Assembly: GCA_965178125.1 (NCBI GenBank)
Contig: OZ237748.1
Span: forward strand, 310,001 to 374,000
Origin: Bilabrum cf. latius
Lineage: Eukaryota
Length of the DNA stretch: 64,000 nucleotides
Direction of reading: 5' to 3'
Each line of letters starts with the position of its first letter. The stretch's first letter is position 1. Under the pieces are notes generated by a model. The model did no database searches and was not told where the DNA came from. It saw only the letters and a program-made list of their open reading frames with translations. Shown here one piece after another: positions 9,667 to 21,500 of this stretch. The translations under genes and the position numbers were made by a program.

Positions 9667-11625
9667 CCTGTGTCGGGTTGAAGTCGCCGGCAATCACGAG
9701 TCGGTCCCTGGTAAAGTTACCTGCCGGTCCTTGGCTCCGTCGTTGCCCTAGGGTCAGATGTGAGTCGACCACGAAAGCCTTGCCCAATACTGAGCCTCTC
9801 GTTTCTGCTCCAAGGGCAGCCCCTTGCGGTGGGTTGTAGCAGGCTATCACCGTCAGCATGCGTCGGTCGTGGTGCAGGACGTCACATACGAGGCAGTCCG
9901 GCGCATCCAGGTCATCATCTCCCATGTCTGCCCACCGTCTCAGTACGAGGCCTGAATCTCGTTTGACGGCGACGCATACCCCGTGTGGGGCTCCGTTTCC
10001 TGCCCTCGTCTCCATCGCGTACAGGTCCGGGACGTCAGTGACGTAGCGTCCTCTAGCATCCTGTGTCTCCGTGCCAACAAACACATCGGGCATCTTGGTC
10101 TCCGTAAGGGCAACCTCCATCGCTTCGAGGTTCCCTTTGCGTCCCAGATTTTTGGTTGCAATCCTAACCTGCTTGGGCGGGGTCGTGTCCATGATCCTGA
10201 TCTGATCCCAGCCCCCGCGAGTACCTTGGACGCCTCGTGGCTGATGTGCCGTGCTTGTCCCGGGGGCGACTAACCACACAGATTCTCGGTCCCCCACTAC
10301 CGCATTGCGGTTATTGATCCAGGGGAAGCACTCCGGTATCCAGGTCCTATCGGTCCTCTGCTCATCCGTAAGCATCACCCGGAGAGCTCCAAGCAGTTCC
10401 GCCCCGGTCACTCCGTCCTCCCATTGGTCTCCTGGGCGGACTGATAGGACCATGACCGGTTCCTCGTTCAGTTCCCCTCTCGTTGACAGCGTACGCACAA
10501 CTCTGGCATCCGCATCTCCTTCCTCCTCCCGTTGCTCAGGTCGCAGCACCAGGCAGGCGTGCCTCCGGGACCCGTGTCCACCCGGCGGATTGATTCCTGT
10601 AGGGATGAAGACCTCACAGTGGGTGCGGGAGATGGCAATATTCATCGTGCCCTGGATCGCTTGGTCATCGGTGGCGTCCGAGTTGAGTCGCTCACACCAG
10701 TTGGCAAGGCTGGTCCCCTCTTTGTCGGCTGGGTGGAGTCGCACTGAACCCCCTCGCTGCTGTGCCAGGGCCATCACTGACAGTGTGAGTCCTCGCAAGC
10801 TAAGCCCGTGGATTCCTTCCCCTTCCTCGCCAAAATAGGTGCGGAGTGTGTGCATGATGGTGGAGCTGGGGTCTAGGCCAGCTAGAACGGCGAGGGGGAG
10901 CTACGCGCATCCCTGCCAGCCTAAGTGCTCTGGCGGCCCGAAGAGGTTACCCGTGCCTACCACGAGTGGTTCAAATGCATCGTACGGAGTAGTCAGAAGC
11001 GCAGTTCCTCCGCCGCCGGGACTCCAGAGGCACTCGGCCACACTGTGTGGGATCGACGTCAGGGTTTCCTGGAGGGACTTGCTTCCGGACGAAAATGAAA
11101 AACCGTGTAGCCCCGAGTCCATTCTCATACTCAGCGGTAGATCGGCTAGTCGTACTGCGGAGTAGTGCCCTCCTGCCACCCTGACGCATCCTCTCGCCCC
11201 GATTGATCCCATTGTCTCAGTCGAACTGGGCAGGTGGCGCTGTAGCGAGAAGTTCTCTCCTTGGATTGCGATGCTCATGATGGCCGTCCTCGTGATCTCT
11301 GCTGCGAGCGTGACGGAGAGCGAGCAAGGTAGCTCTCCCACCGAGACTCCGTCTGCAGTGTAGGTAGCCACCGCCTGTTGGATATACCAGGCTACTTGGG
11401 CCTTGAAGGGGTCGCTAGTGCGGCGCTGGGCTGCGGCCACCAGCGCCGCTGCTTCTTCTCTTGCGTGTGCCCCTGCATCGAAGTCTCTCGTGGCCATGTC
11501 CGACCTCCTCGCATACACCGACACTGACAGAGCTGCCACTACAGGAAGGGCAAGACAAAACCTAATCAGGGCTCGCTTATTGCCTCCAGAGATAGCCATG
11601 AGCCTGTTCCCGTGCGTCTCTGCAA
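9667..11625 (-). mobile_element. Non-LTR retrotransposon ORF with APE (EEP) endonuclease domain, interrupted by the viral element
   Basis: Track ORFs 10901-11686 and 9617-10855 are one frame via TAG. APE motifs RIATKN, PDVFVGTETQ, GVCVAVK, VIACYNPP and VIAGDFN; coding is cut three codons after GDFN. Sequence beyond ~11625 matches the host upstream region also seen at ~29676 and ~47990. Confidence 0.8.
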
Positions 11626-11736
11626 ATGGTATTTTGGCTCTAGTTGCGTGTGCATAGAACATTCCCCGATCCGGCCAATTGTCCATCTTCCAGCCTGCTT
11701 GTAGGGCACTGGTTCTTATTGTGATATCAGTTTGAG

Positions 11737-14700
11737 ATGTAAGATAGTGTTAATTTTATATTTGGCTGTTTGTACAACTCGTAGAGTCTGATACCGCTCC
11801 GTAGCAGCTGTTGTTACAGTGTGTATCCTGGCTACCTATGGTGCGCTGTGATGTCCTCGTGGATTCTATCCGCATGAGTCTGCTTCACGCGATACATAAA
11901 TTACTTACGTCAATTTTCAAGCTTCTCAGGGGAGACGCGCTTATATCAGCAGCCTCCAGTGGCAAGGTGGACGACCTGAGGGCTTGCCTGGATTCGGGAA
12001 CGGACATCGAATCCAAAGATAGCGTGAGATTGTGTATATCTGACCGGGCTTTTGGATTCCTTCTTGATTGATTTGAATGCTAAGACCCGAAGGTCCACGC
12101 ACAGGCTGTCACGGAGCTCATCAGCGATCGGATGACGGCAGTCCACCATTGGAGACCTGATGCACGCCATCGATTCATCGGCGAGCCAAATCAGGGGGCG
12201 AGTCGGGGGAGCTTATTTGATTCAGGTGCAATGGTGTGCGTACTTGACAGTGGCATGCACCTCTTGTTTTGCTTGCTCTCCGCGCCTGGCCATCAGCGGA
12301 TCCTCACCCCCCGCCACCAGGTTGCTCCCTTCCCTCGGGGTCTGCCACCCGCGGCTACCTACCAACGGTTAAGTCTTTCTTTAGTGCATCGCAGAGTGGT
12401 GAAACAGCAGCACATTTGGCTGCATACTACGGCAAGGCGGCTTGCCTGAAGCTGCTCATCGAGAGGGGCGCCAACGTGAACGCTGCCAGCAACGTGAGAG
12501 AGAAAGAGGCTGCCTGACCAATAGGGCGGGTTGTGGGCGGTAATTGGGATGTTTCATTTGGTTTGAGTGCGCATCAAACTGTTTGTACCGGTTCAAGTGG
12601 CTGACACGGCATCTAGCTAGCTCGTCGTCGATCGACCCGGGCCCCCGAGCAAGTGCTACCCGGGGGTGACTGACGAGGTCTCAAGGGGAGGCGCGATTTA
12701 GCATTGCTTTCTTGTGGATGCGGTCGAATGAATGTTTTCTGTTTTTGACATTGTATGTCTGCAAATATTGGTGCGCGGTAGTATTGCTATCGTTAAGCCC
12801 CGCCCGGCTGGCCCACGTGGCTCTCGTGCTGGGTGGGGCAGGTGGGTGGCTACTTGCAGGATGCGGATTCACCGGGATCGTGTCTGGGATTTCAAGGCGA
12901 ATGCCTATTATTTAGTTGACTTTGTGAACTAGCTATGTTCAAGGTTGGTTGTCGATCGATGGCAGCTCCCCGGGGGAGGACAGGACTGGCCTGTGTGACG
13001 AGCATTCAGCTCGATCCTCATTGCCTGGCTTGCGCCTCCGATGGGCAGAGTTCAACGAGTTTGCACTGATCAGTACATGCATAGTATGACATAGATATGA
13101 TAAATTTGAGTCATTTGTCTTTCAGGACCTGCACAGCCGGCGATGAGACTGCTGCCTGTCCCCCCAGAGGGCCCCTCGGCTATCTCAGCCCCCAGGCGGA
13201 TTCAGAGGCCGGGGCCGGTCCCTGTCGTGATGCAATGGCTTGATAGGAAGATTGGTGCATGTTTGGATTGGTTTTGATTTTAATGATTTTGTCCCTCGAG
13301 CGGGAATCGATCCGGGGACTGCGCCCCTAGGGCCCAGAGCGACTCCCACCGGTCCGTCCCAACGCCCCCCCCACACCCCCATCACCCGCCCCATGCCCAC
13401 ACACATCCACACCCATACCCACCCCAAGCACACCCCCTGCTCCCCCCCACCCCCTGTCTCCCATCCCCCCACCGCAGTATGGCAGCACACCCGCTCATAT
13501 GGCATCCGCGCGTGGGCACGATGATTGCCTTCGATTGCTGGTTGAAAATGGGGGGGACGTGCATGCGGTGAACAAGGTGAGAGAGAAAGACATATGTTGA
13601 GGGAGAGGTTGGTCTTGTGTGTGTGTGCTTGTGTGTTGGATGGGTGTGTGTGTCTGTTCGGCTTGGGATTGCCCGCTCCCGGGTCCGAGACCCGCTGGCA
13701 GGGGTCCTTCGCGGTGCTCCCGCTGCGTTGACGGATTGGGGCTGGACGCTAGTGCGCGTATCTCGGGCTGTAGGTATGGTATGCTATCATGGTTTGGACC
13801 CATCGGCGTGATTTTGGGAGCGCAATCCTGCGATCGGATTCGACTCCGGATCCGAATGGTCGCATGGGATCGCCGATCGGGAGCGATTGGTCGCAATGAT
13901 TAGGTTCGGAAAGCTTCAATCTTATCGAAATATGGATGATTTTGTTGATTAAGTCACCCATTGACGGATTGGCCGGTTCCGGAAGGCTGCAACTGCACTC
14001 GCCTGGCCAAGCCTTGACTGGTGCTCGATGGTCCTTTCCGTTCTCAAGCGGAGAGCGTTTGGCTCAATTCGCGGGGCGTATTATTTTCATTATAGTGTAT
14101 TTCGTCCTTTTTGCATGTTGTTGGAGTCGGGGGGTCATATCCAGCCGAGATGATCCTCCAGCTGTGGGTCCTTGCGAGAACAGTGGCCGTCCATGAGCGT
14201 TTGTTGGGCTATGAAGCGATGCTTGATGCATGATTTGGATGCATTGTTTGGCGATTTCGTTAATTCGAACTTGTTTGGGCCAGATCGATGGTGCATTTGA
14301 TGCTTGACGGGCCTTGAACTGTGTGTCTGAACGGCTCTGTCTGGTTCGTTCTGGCGAAGCTTCGCTGGCATCTGATCACCCGAGATTTTGGGCTGCTTTT
14401 CCAGTGGAAATCAATTTGCTTGGTTGGTTTGTATCTGGAGCCTGTATCAAATTACTTTGTGTGCGTGGAGCTTGCTGACAGTGCAACTGGATGCTGTATG
14501 ATCAGTTTTCTGCAGTCGTTTGAGCACAGCACCTGAACTCTGTGGATGCAGCTCGTCTTAATCGGCACTGCCTAGTCTGGAGCCGCAATGGATTCAAAGC
14601 AATGTATGTGTTTGGTTGGATTGCCGTTAGTGGTGGTGTGGCAGCCCACCTGGCGCTGCCTCTCGGAATCGGCTCGCTGCTCCGGGACCGCTGCCGCACC

Positions 14701-17700
14701 ACGCCTTGCACATCGGTGGATTATGTGTTCCATGGACTTAAACTCTGAAAGATCGATCGGCCAGGCAATTGCCTCAGATTTTTCATGTTGGCTCTTTGAC
14801 CTTTCAGAACCCTCCGATTCACCCGCAGAATGGAAACACCCCCCTGCACAGGGCAGCGTCCAATGGCAAGACCGCCTGCGCCACGATCCTCATGGAGGCA
14901 GGGGCCCGCAGGGACATCAAGAACAACGTGAGCTTCTACAGATGCACCACAACAGCACTTGATTCCCGAATATCCATCAAGCTATCCAAGGGATCGAACG
15001 ACCTCCCGTTCGTCTTTGACTCGTGCGACCCATCCTCTCTCCGTCGCTTCCTTTGATCAAGCAGGATGGCAAGACTCCAGTTTAGATGGCAGGTTCCGAG
15101 ACAGCTGCCGTCATCCGGTCTTTTCCCGCCAAATTCGTTGCCGATCTGCGAGACCAGTTGAGGCAGCGCGATGCCCAGGTGCAGACCAAGGACCAGCAGC
15201 TGAGGGAGCGCGATGCCCAGGTGCAGGCCAAGGACCAGCAGCTCGCCGCCGCCGCCGCCCAGCACCGCAATGCACTGCAGGCCAAGGACCAGCAGCTCGC
15301 CACCGCCGCCGCCCAGCACCGCAATGCGCTGCACTCCCGCCGCGCCCTGCAGCACGCCGGCCTGTTGCTGGCCCACGCCGCGGAAGAGGCCAGGGAGGTG
15401 CCCGAGGCAGCCGCGGGGGTGGCGGGGACGGGGGCGGGGGTAGGTGTGACGAGTGCGGTGCAGGGTGGTGAGGGTGGTGGGGTTGTCGCCGATGGAGCGG
15501 ACGAGGCCACCGCCGCTGGTGCTTCGGGAGAGTCGGTTGCAACCGGCAGCATGGCCCTCCTGGTGGCGCGGGGCACCGGCCGGGCGATCCTCGGTGGGCT
15601 GGGCGTGGATGCATCGGCGCAGGCAGAGCTGGCTGCGGGGGAGCAGCGCACTCTGGCTCGGGTGCACCTGGGTGTGATCGAGGAGAGGGGCATGGACAGG
15701 CGCAGCAGCGGGGGCCCGTCGGCAGTGGGCAACTGGACCAGGGAGCATCCTCCCCTGGTGCGGGGCCCCGACGGCCGTCTGGATGAGGCCTCCCTGGGTG
15801 CCCCCGCCGTGCTGGAGCGGCTGGACCAGGGCAGGATCAGGGTCCTGGACGGTGTCACGGGGCAGCCCGTGGACCGCAGCGGGGGCGATGGGGGTGTGAC
15901 GAGTGGGGAGGGCGGGGGGGCCGAGGCCCGTCGCGCTCGGCCCCTGCACTGGCGGGAGGGGGGCGCGCGTGGTGGGAGCGGGGGTGGTGTGACGAGTGGA
16001 GACCGCGGGGCCGCTTCGCCATCACCATCACCACCACAACCATCGGCGGCAGGGGCCAGCGCCGGTGCGGTGGGGCAGGGGTGCAACAGCGTGGTGTTTG
16101 CGATCGAGGCCGTGCATGGCGGGGATGGATCGCGTGGGGACCGTGAGGGTGCACCGCATGGTGGTGCAGTCGCCTTGGATGGAGGCGAATCTGCAGCTGG
16201 TCCCGGTGGGCCGTCCGCTGCATGGCCCGCTGGCTGGCAGGGCATTCTCAAAGGTGCACTGCCCATCGGGGTGCAGGGGCAGTACTATGAGCCCATGGCC
16301 AAGCAGCAGCAGAGGGACTGGCTGATGCCCGCGCTGCTGGGCCCCCGGAGAGGCACTCGCGGGGAGCCGGTGCTGCATGCGCACCCCAACGTGCTCCGCG
16401 TGCTGCACAGCTTCCTGGGCTCCTCCCAGCTGATGGTGCAGTGGGTGCCTGCCTACAACGACCAGCCCATGGCGCTGCGGCGCAAGACCACCTGGGTGGT
16501 CATGGAGCGGTTCCCCACCACGCTCAAGGGGGCCTTCGCGGCTGTCCGGGAGAAGGGGGGGCGCGTGTCGGGGCGGCAGGTGTGTCTGTGGCTGCTGCAG
16601 GTGCTGCAGGCGCTGCAGCACGCCCGGTCCCGCGGGGTGGTGCATCGGGACGTGAAGGCGGACAACGTGTTTCTGACGGCGGATGGTCGGGCCGTGCTGG
16701 GCGACTGGGGCAGCGGGCTGCTGCTGTACACGGGCGGCCTGTCCGTGCAGATCGACCGCACGCTCCAGGGCCTGGTGAACATCTAGAACGAGGTGCCTGT
16801 GCCATCGCAGGGGGCAGGTGTGACGAGTGACCTGATGCCCATCAACGAGGAGGACCCGTCGGCGTTCATCCGCGAGGGCCCCAAGGCCGGGCCAGGGGCA
16901 CCAATGGGAGGATCCGGAGGAAAGGGTGTGATGAGTGAGAGCAAGCCCGCGCCTGCTGCCTCCGCCGGTCATGTACCCGCATCACCGGCGGGAATTCAGG
17001 CCCAGTCGCTGTTCCTGGGGAGCGGATCGGGGGCTCATCCAGAGGCGTTCTCGAGGGCTCAGGTGGGCGAGGGTGGTGCTGGTGTGGCCCAGGGTCCCGA
17101 GGTGCATGCCCGCGCACAGGGGGGGCAGCAGGGGGCCAAGGACCCGTGGGGGAGGGTGATGCTGACCGCGGCGCAGGTGTACGCCTACAGTGACGCGTGG
17201 GCGGCGGGTCGCATGATGTGGGAGAAGCTGGCGGAGCAGGGGCGGGCTGCAGGGGGCGAGGCAGTGACGCTGGATGGCCTGGCATTCGGGCAGGAGGGTG
17301 GGGGCGGCACGTCTCTGCCGATGCTGCCGCCCGAGGCAGGCTGCCCCCCCCAGCTGGAGGCGGTGCTGCGGGGGCTGCTTTAGGCCCGCCCCCAGGCCCG
17401 GCTGCCCCCGGAAGAGGCCATCCGCGCCCTCACGGCGATGCTCTACGGGAAGCACGGAGGGACTGTGACGAGTGGCGATGGGGGTGCTGCCGATGGTGCA
17501 GATGCGGGGGAGGCTGAGGAGGATCCCGCGGGGGGTGGGTCCGTGGACGTGGTGGAGGCGTGGGTGCGGGAGCAGCGGCTGCGGCTGTGCGAGGCCGAGC
17601 ACCGGCGGGCCCCTCTGTCGCGGGCCGCGCTGGTGGGTCACCGGGCAGCCCTCGAGGCGGAGGCAGGGAAAGCAGTGTCAATCAGATGCCGCCCCTGCGA

Positions 17701-17806
17701 GTGGCTCGAGCTTTGCATTGGACGGTGCCAGCAAGAGGCAGACGAGGGGCAGAAGGGGGAAGGGGTGGGGGCATACGGGGACAGGGGGCGGAAGTGGAAT
17801 GGATGA
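11737..17806 (+). CDS. Ankyrin gene G1: ankyrin repeats + coiled coil + PINK1-like Ser/Thr kinase (type A), C-terminus truncated or chimeric
   Basis: Inferred exons AT 11737-38, 11930-12023, 12395-12493, 13478-13576, 14829-14927, 15065-17806, all with GT-AG. The last exon is open through TAG15083/16784/17381. Kinase motifs GQGCNSVVF, LKG, HPNVLRV, HRDVKADN, DWG, SDAWAAG. Confidence 0.82.
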
Positions 17807-18429
17807 GCGACTAGCCGTAGCTGGCAAGGCATGGGGTGGGTCCAGCGAGGACAAGTGCGACCCAGCGGACGCCTCGATTGCGAGAGCCATAATAGAGGGT
17901 AGCTTTGCGACGGGAAGGCCGATGACGAGGGAGGCGCGGCGGCCACAATGGCTAGCGACAAGGATGTAAAGGGAAAATCCCGATTCCCGATTCCGAGGCG
18001 CAGATCGATGCCGAGGGGGAGGACACGGAGGACGCGCCTCTGGCGGCCAAGGGGGCGGCGGCTGTGTTGGCCAGCAAGCAGCTCTAGGCGTTCGACGCGA
18101 TCGGAGGGAAGAAGCCCCCGTTGCTGCCTGACCCGAAGAAGGCATCTGAGCGCCCTGCCGGCTCTGGTGGGGGGGGGGGAGCAACGGCCTGGCGTGGCCT
18201 GCCAGTGCCGTATTGGGGTGGCTGGACCCGTTCCAGGCAAACCCCCGCACTGCCTCGCCAGGTTGGGGGTGCTCCATGCAGTCCATGCGATAGAAATGCA
18301 ATGCAACAACAGGCTGCATCCTTGGACATGCGGCTGCAGACGAATTTCATCATCTTGCAACAATCGATGTCTAGCGCTTGTCGATACAAATGTTGTAATT
18401 AAGTTTAGTGACACAATGAAATAGACACT

Positions 18430-18520
18430 TTCATCTACATGGACTGCGCCAGAGGCCCATAGTCTACGTGATCTGGGCGCCTCTCCGGCAGTGCGCGGCG
18501 CCAGAACAAGTTCCGCTAAC
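18430..18520 (+). promoter_or_regulatory. Conserved upstream block of the short-tail ankyrin genes (also ~38187, ~54462, ~59391, partly ~63147)
   Basis: TCATCTACATGGACTGCG..CGTGATC..GGCGCC..GCGCGGCGCCAAAATAAGTTCCGC, located 70-170 bp upstream of the inferred start. Confidence 0.5.
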
Positions 18521-18594
18521 TTGAATGTGCCCAGCCGCCGCTAACGAGACTATCCTCTTGAAAGGCGCTGGACCCCTTGAGGCAGCAGTTTGAG

Positions 18595-21500
18595 ATGTAA
18601 GATAGTGTGTGATTGTATTTGATTATCGATACAACTTGTTGAGTCTGATACCGCTCCGTAGCAGCTTTTGTATCCTAGCTATCTATGGTGCGTTGAGATC
18701 TCCTCGTGGATTCAATCCACATGAATCTGCTTCACGCGATACATATAATATATAAGTAAATTTCCAAGTTTCGCAGGGCAGCCGCACTTCTCACAGCAGC
18801 TAAAAATGGCAAGGTGGACGACCTGGGGGCCTGCCTGGATTCGGGAACGGACATCGAATCCAAAGATAGCGTGAGATAGAGCTCTACTGGTCGAGCTGTT
18901 AAATTCTTTTGTTGAGTTGATAGTAATGTGAAGACCTGAAGGTCCACGTACAGGCTGTTTCGGAGCTCACCAGTGATGGTATGACTGCGATCCACCATTG
19001 GAGACCTGATGCACGCCATCGATCCATCGGCGAGCTGAATTAGGGGGCAAGTCGGGGAAGCTTATTTGATTCAGGTGCAATGGTGTGCGTACATGACAGA
19101 GACATGCACTTCTGGTTCTGCATGCTCTCCGCGCCTGGCCATCAGCGGATCCTCACCCCCCGCCACCAGGTTGCTCCCTTCCCTCGGGGTGTGCTTACCA
19201 TACACGGCTACCCACCAAAGGTTACATCTGTCTTGGCTCATCGCAGTATGGTCGGACAGCAGCATGGTGGGCTGCATCCTATGGCAAGGCAGACTGCCTG
19301 TAGCTGCTCATCGAGAGGGGCGCCAACGTGAATGCTGCCGACATCGTGAGAGAGATAGAGGCTACCTGGCCAACAGGACGGGTTGTAGGCGATACTTGGG
19401 ATATTCTAGTTGGCTTGATGGCTTAGTATACTATTTGCACCCGTTCAAGTGGCTGACACGACATCTAGCTAGCTCCTCGTCGATCGAGCCAGGCCGGACC
19501 CCCGAGCAGGTGCTCCCCGGTGATTGATGAGGTCTCAAAACGAGGCGCGATTGTTTTTTGTTGTCTTGATGATGCGGTCGATTGTATGTTGGTATGATTA
19601 AACCATGCATGTCTTCAAGTATTGGTGCTCGGTAGTATGGCCATGCCTCAGCCCCGCCCGGCTGGCCCACCTGGCTCCCGTGCTGGTTGGGGCAGGTGAG
19701 TGGTGGCTTGCGGGATGCGAATTCACCCGAGTTGTGTCTATGTTTAGAAGGCGAATGCCAATTACTTGGTCGGCTTTGTATACTTCCTTTGTTCAAGGTT
19801 GGTTGTTGATCGATGGCAGCTCCCCGGGGGAGGACAGGATTGGCCTGTGTGACGAGCATTCAGCTCGATCCTCATTGCCTGGCTTGCGCCTCCGATAGGC
19901 GGAGTTCAATGAGTTTGCACCGATCAGTACATACATAGTACAACATAGATGAGATAAATTTGAGTCATTTGCCTTTCGGGACCTGCACAGCTGGCGAGGC
20001 GGCCGCTGCCTGTCCCCCCAGAGGGCCCCTCGGCTATCTCAGCCCACAGGCGGGTTCAGAGGCCGGGACCGGTCCCTGTCGTGATGAAATGGCTTGATTG
20101 GAAGATTGGTGTATGTTTGGATTGGTTTTGATTTTGATAATTTTGTCCCTCGAGCGGGAATCGATCCGGGGACTGCGCCCCTAGGGCCCAGAGCGACTCC
20201 CACCGGTCCGTCCCAACGCCCCTCCCACACCCCCATCACCCGCCCCATGCCCGCACACACCCACACCCACACCCACCCCAAGCACACCCCCTGCTCCCCC
20301 CCACCCCCTGTCCCCCATCCCTCCACCGCAGAATGGCCAAACACCCGTCCATGTGGCATCCTACCATGGGCACGATGACTGCCTTCGACTGCTGCTTGAG
20401 AATGGGGGGGACGTGGATGCGGTGGATGAGGTGAGAGAGATAGAAATATGTTGAGGCAGAGGTTGGTCTTGTGTGTGTGTGCTTATGCGTTGGATTGGTG
20501 TGAGTGTCTGTCCGGCTTGGGATTGACCGCTCCCGGGTCCGAAACCTGCTGGCAGGGGTCCTTCGCGGTGCTCTCGCTGCGTTGATGGATTGGGCCTGGA
20601 TAGTAGTTCGCGTATGTTGGTCTGTAAGTATGGTTTGGTATCATGGTTTGGACCCATCGGCGTGATTTTAGGAGCGCAATCCTGCGATCGGATTCGACTC
20701 CGGAGCCGAGTGGTCGCATCGGATCGCCGTTTGGGAGCTATTGGTCGCTATGAAATGGTTCGAAGAGCTTCCTTCTCATCAAAATGTGGATGATTTTCAA
20801 TGTTAGGTCGCGCATCGACGGATTGGCCGGTTCCTGAAGGATGCAACTGCGCTCGCCTGGCCAAGCCTTGGCTAATGGTCGATGGTCCATTCGATTTTCC
20901 AGCGGAGAGCGTTTGGCTCTGTTCGCGGGTCTGATTGTTTTCATCTTAGTGTAGTGCGTCCTTGTGGCATGTTCTTGGAGGCGGGGTGACATATCCAACC
21001 GCGTAGATCCTCCTGCTGTGGTAGCTCGCAGGATAGCGGGCCTCCATGTGCGTGTGTTCGGCAAAGAAGCGATGACAGATGCCTGATTTGGATTTGATGA
21101 ATGGTTTTTCGGAGGAATCGAAGCCGACCAGGCCCGATTGATGGGTGCAATGGTTTCTTGGCGGGTCTTGGTATGTGTGTCTGAACGGTTCTGTCTGGTT
21201 CGCTTTAGCGAAGCCTCGCTGGCATCGGATCACACCCCATGCTCCCCCCCCTCCCCACTCCCTGACTCCCATCCCCCCACCGCAGGATAGCTGGACACCC
21301 GTTCATGTGGCATCCTACCATGGGCACGATGATTGCCTTCGACTGCTGCTTGAGAATGGGGGGGACGTGGATGCGGTGGATATAGTGAGAGAGATAGAAA
21401 TATGTTGCGGCAGAGGTTGGTCTTGTGTGTGTGTGCTTATGCGTTGGATTGGTGTGTTTAGCAGTCCGGCTTGGGATTACCCACTCCCGGGTCCGAAACC

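Noticed and set aside
11626-11686. ATG at 11686 as the retrotransposon start
   Set aside because: This stretch matches host upstream sequence present before G3 and G5, so it probably lies outside the element.
11838-11840. ATG at 11838 (ATG|GTGCG) as the ankyrin gene start
   Set aside because: Splicing it to the CAG|G acceptor gives the wrong frame, and it is not conserved (GTG in G3, AAG in G5).
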